Assembly (NCBI RefSeq): GCF_002948655.1
Contig: NZ_CP026755.1
DNA: 32,000 nt
From: Escherichia coli
GTDB taxonomy: Bacteria > Pseudomonadota > Gammaproteobacteria > Enterobacterales > Enterobacteriaceae
Strand: one strand, 5' to 3'
The notes below the pieces were generated by a model. The model was not told where the DNA came from. It did no database searches and saw nothing but the letters and a program-made list of their open reading frames with translations. This document shows, piece by piece, positions 16,229-24,574 of this stretch. Both the position numbers and the translations under genes were made by a program. Within the stretch, counting starts at the first letter, position 1; the number at the start of each line of letters is the position of its first letter.

Positions 16229-16334
16229 TATTTGCAGTGGTGACCCACACGAAAGATCACATACAAAGAAAAATTTGTTTATTAACAGTTCATTGCGAAA
16301 CCATCTAGCCAACAAATGCTAAATTGGTTCGCAA
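16229..16334 (-). promoter_or_regulatory. thrS translational operator / leader RNA (tRNA-Thr anticodon-arm mimics)
   Basis: Near the start codon there is a hairpin reading GTGATCTTTCGTGTGGGTCAC on the minus strand, with a CGU-containing loop (16240-16260). Upstream lies a long TTGCGAA...TTCGCAA stem (16293-16334). The position agrees with the known ThrRS autoregulatory operator. Confidence 0.75.
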
Positions 16335-16740
16335 TCAGGTACACAAATGAAAGACATTAACCTCTCACCTTCCACCCGGTTGAACGATGTTAACACTAAA
16401 AAAAGGGAGATTGTACCTTTCCGTTTCACATTGATTCGATTCGCAATTCGTTTGTAGTGAGTACACCAGCAAAACGCTTAAAGAACCACTGATAACATCA
16501 CGGAGCGTCTGAAAAGTTTACTGCGAGCGGATTTGCAGCAGCATAAACTGAATCCAGCAAAGTTCGTTGCGTGATTTGGCGGTACTATTTAAACGATCAT
16601 AAGATTAATGACGAAGTGGTCATATCACAATGATAAAAGTGACACAATTCTTATAGCAATTTTTCGTGCACATTTCGTTCTGGCGATAATAATTAATCAT
16701 CATCCTCAAAACCTCCAGACATATATAAGGCAAAAAGATT

Positions 16741-18639
16741 ATGAGTCAAAACGACATTATTATCAGAACTCATTATAAGTCTCCTCATAGAATGCACATC
16801 GATAGCGACATACCAACGCCTTCATCAGAGCCTATTAATCAATTTGCGCGCCAACTCATCACCCTACTTGATACCTCTGACTTAAGTTCGATGCTGTCAT
16901 ACTGTGTTACTCAGGAATTTACCGCAAACTGTCGAAAAATATCACAAAATTGTTATTCCACTGCCCTTTTTACCATTAACTTTGCCACTTCACCCATCCA
17001 TGCAGAAAATATACTCATTACATTACACTATAAAAAAGAAATCATTTCCTTATTACTGGAAACCACGCCTATTAAAGCTAACCATTTGCGAAGCATACTG
17101 GATTATATTGAACAGGAACAGTTAACTGCCGAAAATCGTAACCATTGTATGAAACTGTCTAAAAAAATCCATAGAGAAAAAACTATACAACCAACAGTAA
17201 ATCTCAATGGTAGTGCATTTTTTTCGCAATCTCCTTCTGACGCTATTTTTTGTCGCCATCTGTCATTGCAATACGCACTTGATTCACTGAGAAATGGAAA
17301 AGGCAAAGTCAATCTGATTAAACATTACTCCTCCGTTGAATCCATACAGCAGCATGTTCCCTTAGTCCGGGACGCGGAGTTCAGATCATTACTTCGCCAT
17401 CCTCCTGCAGGGAGTCGCGTTATCGCGAGTAAAGATTTTGGCTCCGCTTTAGATATTTTCTTCTGTCGAATGATGGCAAACAATGTCAGTCATATGTCCG
17501 CGATTTTATATATAGACAATCATACTTTGTCAGTAAGGCTACGAATAAAGCAGTCGGCGTATGGGCAATTAAATTATGTTGTGTCCGTTTACGACCCGAA
17601 CGATACCAACGTTGCCGTCAGAGGCACCCACAGGACAGCACGGGGCTTTCTCTCGCTCGATAAATTCATCAGTTCAGGTCCCGATGCTCAGACCTGGGCT
17701 GATATGTATGTTCGCAACTGTGCAATTGCTTTTCTGCCCCTATTACCTGAGGGAGTTCCAGGGGCTATTTTCGCGGGTATTGCATCACGAATGCCATTTG
17801 CTCCTATACATCCATCGGCAATGTTGTTAATAATGGCCACAGGCCAGACTCAACAGCTTATTACATTATTTAAACAGTTACCCATACTCCCTGAAAAAGA
17901 AATCATTGAAATAATAACTGCGCAGAATAGCGTTGGTACACCTGCATTATTTTTGGCTATGATGAACGGACATACTGACAACGTGAAAATATTTATGCAA
18001 GAAATTCAGTCACTGGTAGATAATCATATCATTCATGAAGATAATCTGGTTAAATTACTGCAAACTAAAAGTGCTAACGAAACACCTGGACTCTATATCT
18101 CCATGTTGTATGGATTCGATGAAATAATCGATATCTTTCTGAATGCATTAACCACTCCAATAACACAAGAGCTTTTAAGCAAAAAAATGGTGATGGATAT
18201 TTTAGCAATGAAAACACGTGATGGTGAACCAGGATTATATGCCGCAATGGAAAATAATCACCCTTTGTGTGTCACACGGTTCCTCTCTAAAGTTTATGGA
18301 ATCGCTGTTAAATATAACCTCAGCAAAATTAACATCATGGATTTATTAAAAGGCGCAACAGCACATGGAACCCCTGCTTTATACATCGCCATGAGCAAGG
18401 GTAATAAAGACGTCGTGTTATCTTATATATCAACGCTGGGTACTTTTGCAAAAAAATATTCTTTTAGTCAATGTCAGTTATTCACATTGTTAGCCGCTAA
18501 AAATCATGACAACATGTCAGCTGTTCATATAGCCATTCATCATAATCATTATAAAACTGTAGAAACATATTATGCTGCTATAAACGTAATCAGCCAAAGC
18601 CTGAGTTTTAGTGCTGATGAACTAAAGACGTATTTATAA
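16741..18639 (+). CDS. arpB: Large ankyrin-like repeat protein with ShET2/OspD3/EspL-type cysteine protease-like region (ArpB locus), intact here
   Basis: Uninterrupted 632 aa ORF at the arpB locus, between thrS and yniD. It contains FCRHL (Cys171), VSHMSAIL (His251) and VYDPND (Asp285), like the recalled CRHL/LYDPN motifs of ShET2/OspD3. C-terminal units are of the type [19 protein letters not shown]. Confidence 0.85.
   Translation: MSQNDIIIRTHYKSPHRMHIDSDIPTPSSEPINQFARQLITLLDTSDLSSMLSYCVTQEFTANCRKISQNCYSTALFTINFATSPIHAENILITLHYKKEIISLLLETTPIKANHLRSILDYIEQEQLTAENRNHCMKLSKKIHREKTIQPTVNLNGSAFFSQSPSDAIFCRHLSLQYALDSLRNGKGKVNLIKHYSSVESIQQHVPLVRDAEFRSLLRHPPAGSRVIASKDFGSALDIFFCRMMANNVSHMSAILYIDNHTLSVRLRIKQSAYGQLNYVVSVYDPNDTNVAVRGTHRTARGFLSLDKFISSGPDAQTWADMYVRNCAIAFLPLLPEGVPGAIFAGIASRMPFAPIHPSAMLLIMATGQTQQLITLFKQLPILPEKEIIEIITAQNSVGTPALFLAMMNGHTDNVKIFMQEIQSLVDNHIIHEDNLVKLLQTKSANETPGLYISMLYGFDEIIDIFLNALTTPITQELLSKKMVMDILAMKTRDGEPGLYAAMENNHPLCVTRFLSKVYGIAVKYNLSKINIMDLLKGATAHGTPALYIAMSKGNKDVVLSYISTLGTFAKKYSFSQCQLFTLLAAKNHDNMSAVHIAIHHNHYKTVETYYAAINVISQSLSFSADELKTYL
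17938..18639 (+). repeat. Five protein repeat units spaced exactly 48 codons (ankyrin-like, OspD3/ShET2-type)
   Basis: The aligned second residue of the core motif falls at nt 17941 ([12 protein letters not shown]), 18085 ([12 protein letters not shown]), 18229 ([12 protein letters not shown]), 18373 ([12 protein letters not shown]) and 18517 ([12 protein letters not shown]). Successive positions are 144 nt apart. Confidence 0.85.
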
Positions 18640-18805
18640 CCAAATATTTATATATCGATACATAATTTTATTTTTTTCATAAACCGCAAAAACAGTGATC
18701 AGGTGTACAACGCCACCCGACGGCTGTAATAACAAAAAATCCCTTGATGCCTGTCCCTTTTGTTACACTCCGTTATCACGCACAAGAGATATGCAGGACA
18801 CTGGT

Positions 18806-18913
18806 ATGCCGACTAAACGCTTTGATAAAAAACACTGGAAGATGGTGGTGGTGCTACTGGCAATCTGTGGCGCTATGTTGTTGCTACGTTGGGCAGCAAT
18901 GATTTGGGGCTGA
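18806..18913 (+). CDS. yniD: Small membrane protein YniD, 35 aa
   Basis: MPTKRFDKKHWKMVVVLLAICGAMLLLRWAAMIWG with one hydrophobic helix. The track ORF starts 37 codons upstream. Confidence 0.88.
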   Translation: MPTKRFDKKHWKMVVVLLAICGAMLLLRWAAMIWG

Positions 18914-18933
18914 GCAGTGACAAACGAAGACAG

Positions 18934-18956
18934 CCAGACCGCATAACACGGTCCGG
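18934..18956. terminator. Hairpin between convergent yniD and ydiY
   Basis: CCAGACCG-cataaca-CGGTCCGG stem (with one G-U on the minus-strand RNA); the U-run is weak. Confidence 0.4.
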
Positions 18957-18965
18957 CAGATAATT

Positions 18966-19724
18966 TTACATGCTGTAGCCCAGCGATAAGGTTGTCCGAC
19001 GATCGGTATGTTCCGGTGCAGACTCTGGAGGTTCAGAGTTCCATGTGACGTTGTAAGCCACCTTCAGTCCAAAATGTTCATTAATAGCAACATTTAATGC
19101 GCTTTCAGAGTTCAGCGTTGTGTCTTCCGCGCCAAAGACGGAAACACCCTGCGTAAATTTAGCGTTGTCAGTCAACTGCCATGCATAAGCCCCGGAGGCA
19201 TAACCCAGCGGCTGGGTTTCACTGGCATTGTCGGTATATTTGTCGTAACGCACACCTGGACCGAATTCAAAGCGGAAACTGTGTACCGGGCCATTCAAAA
19301 ACTGGCGACCATAACCCGCGGTCAACACATCGCGCTCTCGATAGCCGTTATAACGGTCTGTCAGCCAGCTTGCCTGCCCAAATAAATAGTCATAATCAGT
19401 TAAATTAAAACGGCTACGCCCGCCCGCCGCATATTTTTCTGAAGAACGCTCATCATTAGAAGAAGTATTACTGGCGTTCCCCCACAGCGACCAGGCAGTG
19501 GTTTGTCCATACCAGGTCATGGTGGTGTCAGCCGTAAGTGAGGAGCTTTTCGTATTGCCTGATTGTGCAAGATATCCTGCGTTCAGATTACCTTCGAAAG
19601 GTTTTTTAGCGCTGGCAGGATCGTCCATGACAGTAAAAACGGAATCATCGGCAGCTGCATTCAATGACGCAAACATGCCCCCCGCCAACATAACGATGGC
19701 AGGAACTGTCTTCAAAAGCTTCAT
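18966..19724 (-). CDS. ydiY: YdiY, DUF481-family outer-membrane-like protein
   Basis: 252 aa with a Sec signal (MKLLKTVPAIVMLAGGMFASLNAAA) and beta-strand-rich amphipathic sequence. Confidence 0.93.
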   Translation of the reverse strand: MKLLKTVPAIVMLAGGMFASLNAAADDSVFTVMDDPASAKKPFEGNLNAGYLAQSGNTKSSSLTADTTMTWYGQTTAWSLWGNASNTSSNDERSSEKYAAGGRSRFNLTDYDYLFGQASWLTDRYNGYRERDVLTAGYGRQFLNGPVHSFRFEFGPGVRYDKYTDNASETQPLGYASGAYAWQLTDNAKFTQGVSVFGAEDTTLNSESALNVAINEHFGLKVAYNVTWNSEPPESAPEHTDRRTTLSLGYSM

Positions 19725-19744
19725 TTATCAAGAGTCCGTACAAC

Positions 19745-19770
19745 AAAAAAAGAGACCATCGCGGTCCCGG
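19745..19770 (-). terminator. Intrinsic terminator-like hairpin in the ydiY 5' leader
   Basis: Minus strand: CCGGGACC-GCGAT-GGTCTC-TTTTTTT. It ends about 20 nt upstream of the ydiY start codon. Confidence 0.65.
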
Positions 19771-19816
19771 AAACTTTCTTAAGGATCAAAGATTAGCGTC
19801 CCTGGAAAGGTAACGA

Positions 19817-19845
19817 ATTATAAAAAGGCTTGAATAACTTAGCAA
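19817..19845 (-). promoter_or_regulatory. Predicted sigma70 promoter reading toward ydiY
   Basis: Minus strand: TTGCTA (-35, 19845-19840), a 17-nt spacer, and TATAAT (-10, 19822-19817). Confidence 0.65.
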
Positions 19846-20010
19846 TGTATTCTTATTTCATTTTTTGAATAAGCATGTGAAGAAAACAGATTTTTATTTA
19901 TATATATTTATCTGCAAAATTTTAAATAAAGCTCCAATAAATCATATTGTTAATTTCTTCACTTTCCGCTGATTCGGTGCCAGACTGAAATCAGCCTATA
20001 GGAGGAAATG

Positions 20011-20940
20011 ATGGTACGTATCTATACGTTGACACTTGCGCCCTCTCTCGATAGCGCAACAATTACCCCGCAAATTTATCCCGAAGGAAAGCTGCGCTGT
20101 ACCGCACCGGTATTCGAACCCGGAGGCGGCGGCATCAACGTCGCCCGCGCCATTGCCCATCTTGGAGGCAGTGCCACAGCGATCTTCCCGGCGGGTGGTG
20201 CGACCGGCGAACATCTGGTTTCACTGTTGGCAGATGAAAATGTCCCCGTCGCTACTGTAGAAGCCAAAGACTGGACCCGGCAGAATTTACACGTACATGT
20301 GGAAGCAAGCGGTGAGCAGTATCGTTTTGTCATGCCAGGCGCGGCATTAAGTGAAGATGAGTTTCGCCAGCTTGAAGAGCAAGTTCTGGAAATTGAATCC
20401 GGTGCTATCCTGGTCATAAGCGGAAGCCTGCCGCCAGGTGTGAAGCTGGAAAAATTAACCCAACTGATTTCCGCTGCGCAAAAACAAGGGATTCGCTGCA
20501 TCGTCGACAGTTCTGGCGAAGCGTTAAGTGCAGCACTGGCGATTGGTAATATCGAGTTGGTTAAGCCTAACCAAAAAGAACTCAGTGCGCTGGTGAATCG
20601 CGAACTCACCCAGCCAGACGATGTCCGCAAAGCCGCGCAGGAAATCGTTAATAGCGGCAAGGCCAAACGAGTTGTCGTTTCCCTGGGTCCACAAGGGGCG
20701 TTGGGCGTTGATAGTGAAAACTGCATTCAGGTTGTGCCACCACCGGTGAAAAGCCAGAGCACCGTTGGCGCTGGTGACAGCATGGTCGGCGCGATGACAC
20801 TGAAACTGGCAGAAAATGCCTCTCTTGAAGAGATGGTCCGTTTTGGCGTAGCTGCGGGGAGTGCAGCCACACTCAATCAGGGAACACGCCTGTGCTCCCA
20901 TGACGATACACAAAAAATTTACGCTTACCTTTCCCGCTAA
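20011..20940 (+). CDS. pfkB: 6-phosphofructokinase II
   Basis: 309 aa, MVRIYTLTLAPSLDSATITPQIYPEGKLRC..., with PfkB signature VSLGPQGALG...STVGAGDSMVGA. The track starts one codon earlier. Confidence 0.97.
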   Translation: MVRIYTLTLAPSLDSATITPQIYPEGKLRCTAPVFEPGGGGINVARAIAHLGGSATAIFPAGGATGEHLVSLLADENVPVATVEAKDWTRQNLHVHVEASGEQYRFVMPGAALSEDEFRQLEEQVLEIESGAILVISGSLPPGVKLEKLTQLISAAQKQGIRCIVDSSGEALSAALAIGNIELVKPNQKELSALVNRELTQPDDVRKAAQEIVNSGKAKRVVVSLGPQGALGVDSENCIQVVPPPVKSQSTVGAGDSMVGAMTLKLAENASLEEMVRFGVAAGSAATLNQGTRLCSHDDTQKIYAYLSR

Positions 20941-20947
20941 CTGAAAC

Positions 20948-20969
20948 ATTCCCCCTGCATTGGGGGAAT
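20948..20969. terminator. Hairpin downstream of pfkB
   Basis: ATTCCCCC-TGCATT-GGGGGAAT inverted repeat immediately after the pfkB stop; no U-run. Confidence 0.4.
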
Positions 20970-21040
20970 CACCACCAACCTGTCGGCAACGCGTTTCTCC
21001 GACTATGCTCAAAAGTCATGTGATAACAAAGGGGTGAACT

Positions 21041-21331
21041 ATGGCCAGTGGCGATCTTGTCCGTTATGTCATAACCGTCATGTTGCACGAAGATACATTG
21101 ACTGAAATTAACGAGTTGAATAATTACCTGACTCGCGACGGTTTTTTGCTCACCATGACGGATGATGATGGAAATATCCATGAGCTGGGGACTAACACTT
21201 TTGGACTTATCAGTACCCAAAGTGAAGAAGAAATTAGAGAACTGGTTTCGGGGCTTACCCAAAGTGCAACCGGCAAAGATCCTGAAATCACCATCACGAC
21301 CTGGGAGGAATGGAATAGCAACAGAAAATAA
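21041..21331 (+). CDS. ydiZ: Uncharacterized protein YdiZ
   Basis: 96 aa ORF, MASGDLVRYVITVMLHEDTLTEINELNNYLTRDGF..., in the conserved position after pfkB. Confidence 0.9.
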   Translation: MASGDLVRYVITVMLHEDTLTEINELNNYLTRDGFLLTMTDDDGNIHELGTNTFGLISTQSEEEIRELVSGLTQSATGKDPEITITTWEEWNSNRK

Positions 21332-21436
21332 ATGGTTTTTGGGCAATAATCAGTCTGTGGTGTGCGTTAGCTCGTGTTTTTACACCGCATTCTTGCGCTA
21401 ACCTTATGATCTGGCAGACAACATGGGAGAGACATC

Positions 21437-22297
21437 ATGTGGCAGGCAATCAGTCGTCTTTTGAGCGAGCAGTTAGGTGAAGGCGAAATCGAACTGCGTA
21501 ATGAACTGCCTGGCGGAGAAGTCCATGCCGCATGGCATTTGCGCTATGCAGGACGTGACTTTTTCGTCAAATGTGATGAAAGGGAACTGCTTCCCGGTTT
21601 TACCGCCGAAGCCGACCAACTGGAGTTACTGTCGCGTAGTAAAACCGTCACCGTGCCTAAGGTTTGGGCAGTTGGCGCTGACCGTGACTACAGTTTTCTG
21701 GTGATGGACTATCTCCCACCTCGCCCGCTGGATGCGCATAGCGCATTTATTCTTGGTCAGCAAATTGCGCGTTTACATCAATGGAGCGACCAACCGCAAT
21801 TTGGCCTCGATTTCGATAACGCGCTCTCCACAACTCCCCAGCCCAACACCTGGCAACGTCGCTGGTCAACGTTTTTTGCTGAACAACGGATTGGCTGGCA
21901 GCTGGAACTGGCGGCAGAAAAAGGGATCGCTTTCGGCAATATCGATGCCATCGTCGAGCATATTCAGCAGCGTCTGGCCTCGCATCAACCGCAGCCTTCT
22001 CTGTTGCACGGCGATTTATGGTCCGGCAACTGTGCGCTGGGTCCGGATGGCCCGTACATTTTCGACCCGGCCTGCTACTGGGGTGACCGAGAGTGCGACC
22101 TGGCGATGTTACCGCTGCATACTGAACAGCCGCCACAAATCTATGACGGCTATCAGTCAGTATCCCCGCTACCTGCCGATTTCCTTGAACGTCAACCGGT
22201 TTACCAACTCTACACGCTGTTAAATCGTGCAAGGTTATTTGGCGGTCAGCATTTGGTTATTGCTCAGCAGTCACTGGATAGATTATTAGCAGCATAA
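21437..22297 (+). CDS. yniA: Fructosamine kinase family protein YniA
   Basis: 286 aa with kinase-like motifs LLHGDLWSGNCALG and IFDPACYWGDRECDLAM. Confidence 0.95.
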   Translation: MWQAISRLLSEQLGEGEIELRNELPGGEVHAAWHLRYAGRDFFVKCDERELLPGFTAEADQLELLSRSKTVTVPKVWAVGADRDYSFLVMDYLPPRPLDAHSAFILGQQIARLHQWSDQPQFGLDFDNALSTTPQPNTWQRRWSTFFAEQRIGWQLELAAEKGIAFGNIDAIVEHIQQRLASHQPQPSLLHGDLWSGNCALGPDGPYIFDPACYWGDRECDLAMLPLHTEQPPQIYDGYQSVSPLPADFLERQPVYQLYTLLNRARLFGGQHLVIAQQSLDRLLAA

Positions 22298-22314
22298 TAT
22301 GGGGTGAGGATAAT

Positions 22315-22335
22315 GGCCGCTCCGTGCGGCCTTTT
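22315..22335. terminator. Intrinsic terminator between convergent yniA and yniB
   Basis: GGCCGC-TCCGT-GCGGCC-TTTT. Confidence 0.65.
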
Positions 22336-22337
22336 GA

Positions 22338-22874
22338 TTAAATAAACCCCAGCAGAGAAAAGAACACATAACCTGCAGCAATACAAATAACCGGCAGGAT
22401 ATACAGCGAGAAAAACTGCAGGAAAATAGTATGGTGCGGCACAACAATACGTGACTCAATTTGTTCACGCGTTAGCCCCTCTTCCCCTTTGGCTTTTTCC
22501 AGAATGAGTTGATCTTCAACACCTTCCCGCAAGAAGCGCGCCTGGCGACTCATCCGGGCACCGGAATCCTGCAACGCCAGTCCGACAAAAATCAGGATGA
22601 AAATCACCCAGAACATAACGTTCACGCCACCATTAAAATTGGGCGTCGGGGAGTTATACCAGAACAGATTCAAAAAAGGCGTATTCGCCTGCATCATATC
22701 GATCATGACATGAGTAAAGTCGAGCATGACCGCATTAATGCCTTCCTGGTTTTCCTGCCGGGTATTCATAAATTTAAGCAAAGAAATCAATGTAGAGATC
22801 AATGCAGGTATAAAAATCACCCAACCCAAAATCCTTTTCAAAACAGCAATGCGTCCAGCTTGTTGATACGTCAT
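22338..22874 (-). CDS. yniB: Membrane protein YniB
   Basis: 178 aa with several hydrophobic segments, MTYQQAGRIAVLKRILGWVIFIPALIS... Confidence 0.93.
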   Translation of the reverse strand: MTYQQAGRIAVLKRILGWVIFIPALISTLISLLKFMNTRQENQEGINAVMLDFTHVMIDMMQANTPFLNLFWYNSPTPNFNGGVNVMFWVIFILIFVGLALQDSGARMSRQARFLREGVEDQLILEKAKGEEGLTREQIESRIVVPHHTIFLQFFSLYILPVICIAAGYVFFSLLGFI

Positions 22875-23020
22875 GAGTTCTCCTTGATTAAGACGCGTCG
22901 TTTCACTTAGTTTACCTGTAGATATCTGTTTTCGCCCATTCTTTAAAGGCGATATGATAGGCGCTTAATCATAAGCACGGCTTAATACCTTACACATAAT
23001 GCTCTAAAGGAGAGGTTGTA

Positions 23021-23689
23021 ATGTCAACCCCGCGTCAGATTCTTGCTGCAATTTTTGATATGGATGGATTACTTATCGACTCAGAACCTTTATGGGATCG
23101 AGCTGAACTGGATGTGATGGCAAGCCTGGGGGTGGATATCTCCCGTCGTAACGAGCTGCCGGACACTTTAGGTTTACGCATCGATATGGTGGTCGATCTT
23201 TGGTACGCCCGGCAACCCTGGAATGGGCCAAGCCGTCAGGAAGTAGTAGAACGGGTTATTGCCCGTGCCATTTCACTGGTTGAAGAGACACGCCCATTAT
23301 TGCCAGGCGTGCGTGAAGCCGTTGCGTTATGCAAAGAACAAGGTTTATTGGTGGGACTGGCCTCCGCGTCACCACTACATATGCTGGAAAAAGTGTTGAC
23401 CATGTTTGACTTACGCGACAGTTTCGATGCCCTCGCCTCGGCTGAAAAATTGCCTTACAGCAAGCCGCATCCGCAAGTATATCTCGACTGCGCAGCAAAA
23501 CTGGGCGTTGACCCACTGACCTGCGTGGCGCTGGAAGACTCGGTAAATGGCATGATCGCTTCTAAAGCAGCCCGCATGCGTTCCATCGTCGTTCCTGCGC
23601 CAGAAGCGCAAAATGATCCACGTTTTGTATTAGCAAACGTCAAACTCTCATCGCTGACAGAACTCACCGCAAAAGACCTTCTCGGTTAA
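23021..23689 (+). CDS. hxpB: HAD-superfamily hexitol/sugar phosphatase HxpB (YniC)
   Basis: 222 aa with HAD motif I FDMDGLLIDSE and motif IV VALEDSVNG. Confidence 0.95.
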   Translation: MSTPRQILAAIFDMDGLLIDSEPLWDRAELDVMASLGVDISRRNELPDTLGLRIDMVVDLWYARQPWNGPSRQEVVERVIARAISLVEETRPLLPGVREAVALCKEQGLLVGLASASPLHMLEKVLTMFDLRDSFDALASAEKLPYSKPHPQVYLDCAAKLGVDPLTCVALEDSVNGMIASKAARMRSIVVPAPEAQNDPRFVLANVKLSSLTELTAKDLLG

Positions 23690-23691
23690 TG

Positions 23692-23726
23692 ACCAGGGGC
23701 AGTGATCACACTGCTCCTGGTTCTTT
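23692..23726 (+). terminator. Intrinsic terminator after hxpB
   Basis: ACCAGGgGCAGTG-ATCA-CACTGCtCCTGGT followed by TCTTTATCT. Confidence 0.65.
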
Positions 23727-23799
23727 ATCTGAATTTGCATTCAACTGACGGATTAATCGTCAATTTAAGAGAAAGAGTTACACCGTCACCACTTCCGCG

Positions 23800-23837
23800 C
23801 ACTGTATAAAAATCCTATACTGTACGTATCGACAGTT
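23800..23837. promoter_or_regulatory. Two adjacent LexA (SOS) boxes upstream of ydjM
   Basis: TACTGTACGTATCGACAGTT (CTGT-N8-ACAG core at 23820-23835), immediately preceded by the weaker CACTGTATAAAAATCCTATA. Confidence 0.8.
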
Positions 23838-23851
23838 TAGTGAGTTTTATC

Positions 23852-24442
23852 ATGACGGCGGAAGGTCACCTTCTCTTTTCTATTGCTTGTGCGGTATTTG
23901 CCAAAAATGCCGAGCTGACGCCCGTGCTGGCACAGGGTGACTGGTGGCATATTGTCCCTTCCGCAATCCTGACGTGTTTGTTACCGGACATCGATCACCC
24001 AAAGTCGTTTCTTGGGCAGCGATTAAAGTGGATATCAAAACCGATCGCCCGCGCTTTTGGGCATCGTGGTTTTACCCACAGTCTGCTGGCGGTATTTGCG
24101 CTGCTGGCAACCTTTTACCTTAAGGTTCCTGAAAGCTGGTTCATTCCGGCTGATGCGCTACAAGGAATGGTGCTGGGTTATTTGAGCCACATACTTGCCG
24201 ATATGCTGACCCCCGCCGGTGTTCCCCTGCTCTGGCCATGCCGCTGGCGTTTCCGCTTGCCTATCCTGGTTCCCCAAAAGGGCAACCAACTGGAACGTTT
24301 TATCTGCATGGCATTATTTGTCTGGTCGGTATGGATGCCCCATTCATTACCCGAAAACAGCGCTGTCCGTTGGTCATCGCAAATGATCAATACCTTGCAG
24401 ATCCAGTTTCATCGGCTTATTAAGCATCAGGTTGAATACTAA
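23852..24442 (+). CDS. ydjM: Inner membrane metal-dependent hydrolase-like protein YdjM
   Basis: 196 aa from MTAEGHLLFSIACAVFA, with GHRGFTHSLL and DIDHPKS motifs. The track ORF starts 4 codons upstream, adjacent to the LexA box. Confidence 0.93.
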   Translation: MTAEGHLLFSIACAVFAKNAELTPVLAQGDWWHIVPSAILTCLLPDIDHPKSFLGQRLKWISKPIARAFGHRGFTHSLLAVFALLATFYLKVPESWFIPADALQGMVLGYLSHILADMLTPAGVPLLWPCRWRFRLPILVPQKGNQLERFICMALFVWSVWMPHSLPENSAVRWSSQMINTLQIQFHRLIKHQVEY

Positions 24443-24574
24443 AAAGGCAAAAATCACCTTTCTGGAATAAGCAATTCCATTTGAATATAAGAGCCAGCTC
24501 ACAGTTCTGTTAATCTTGCGCCAACACTATGACTGCTACGCAGTGATAGAAATAATAAGATCAGGAGAACGGGG

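Noticed and set aside
18695-18805. N-terminal 37-codon extension of yniD
   Set aside because: The conserved small protein starts at MPTKRFDKKHW (18806). The upstream segment looks like intergenic translation.
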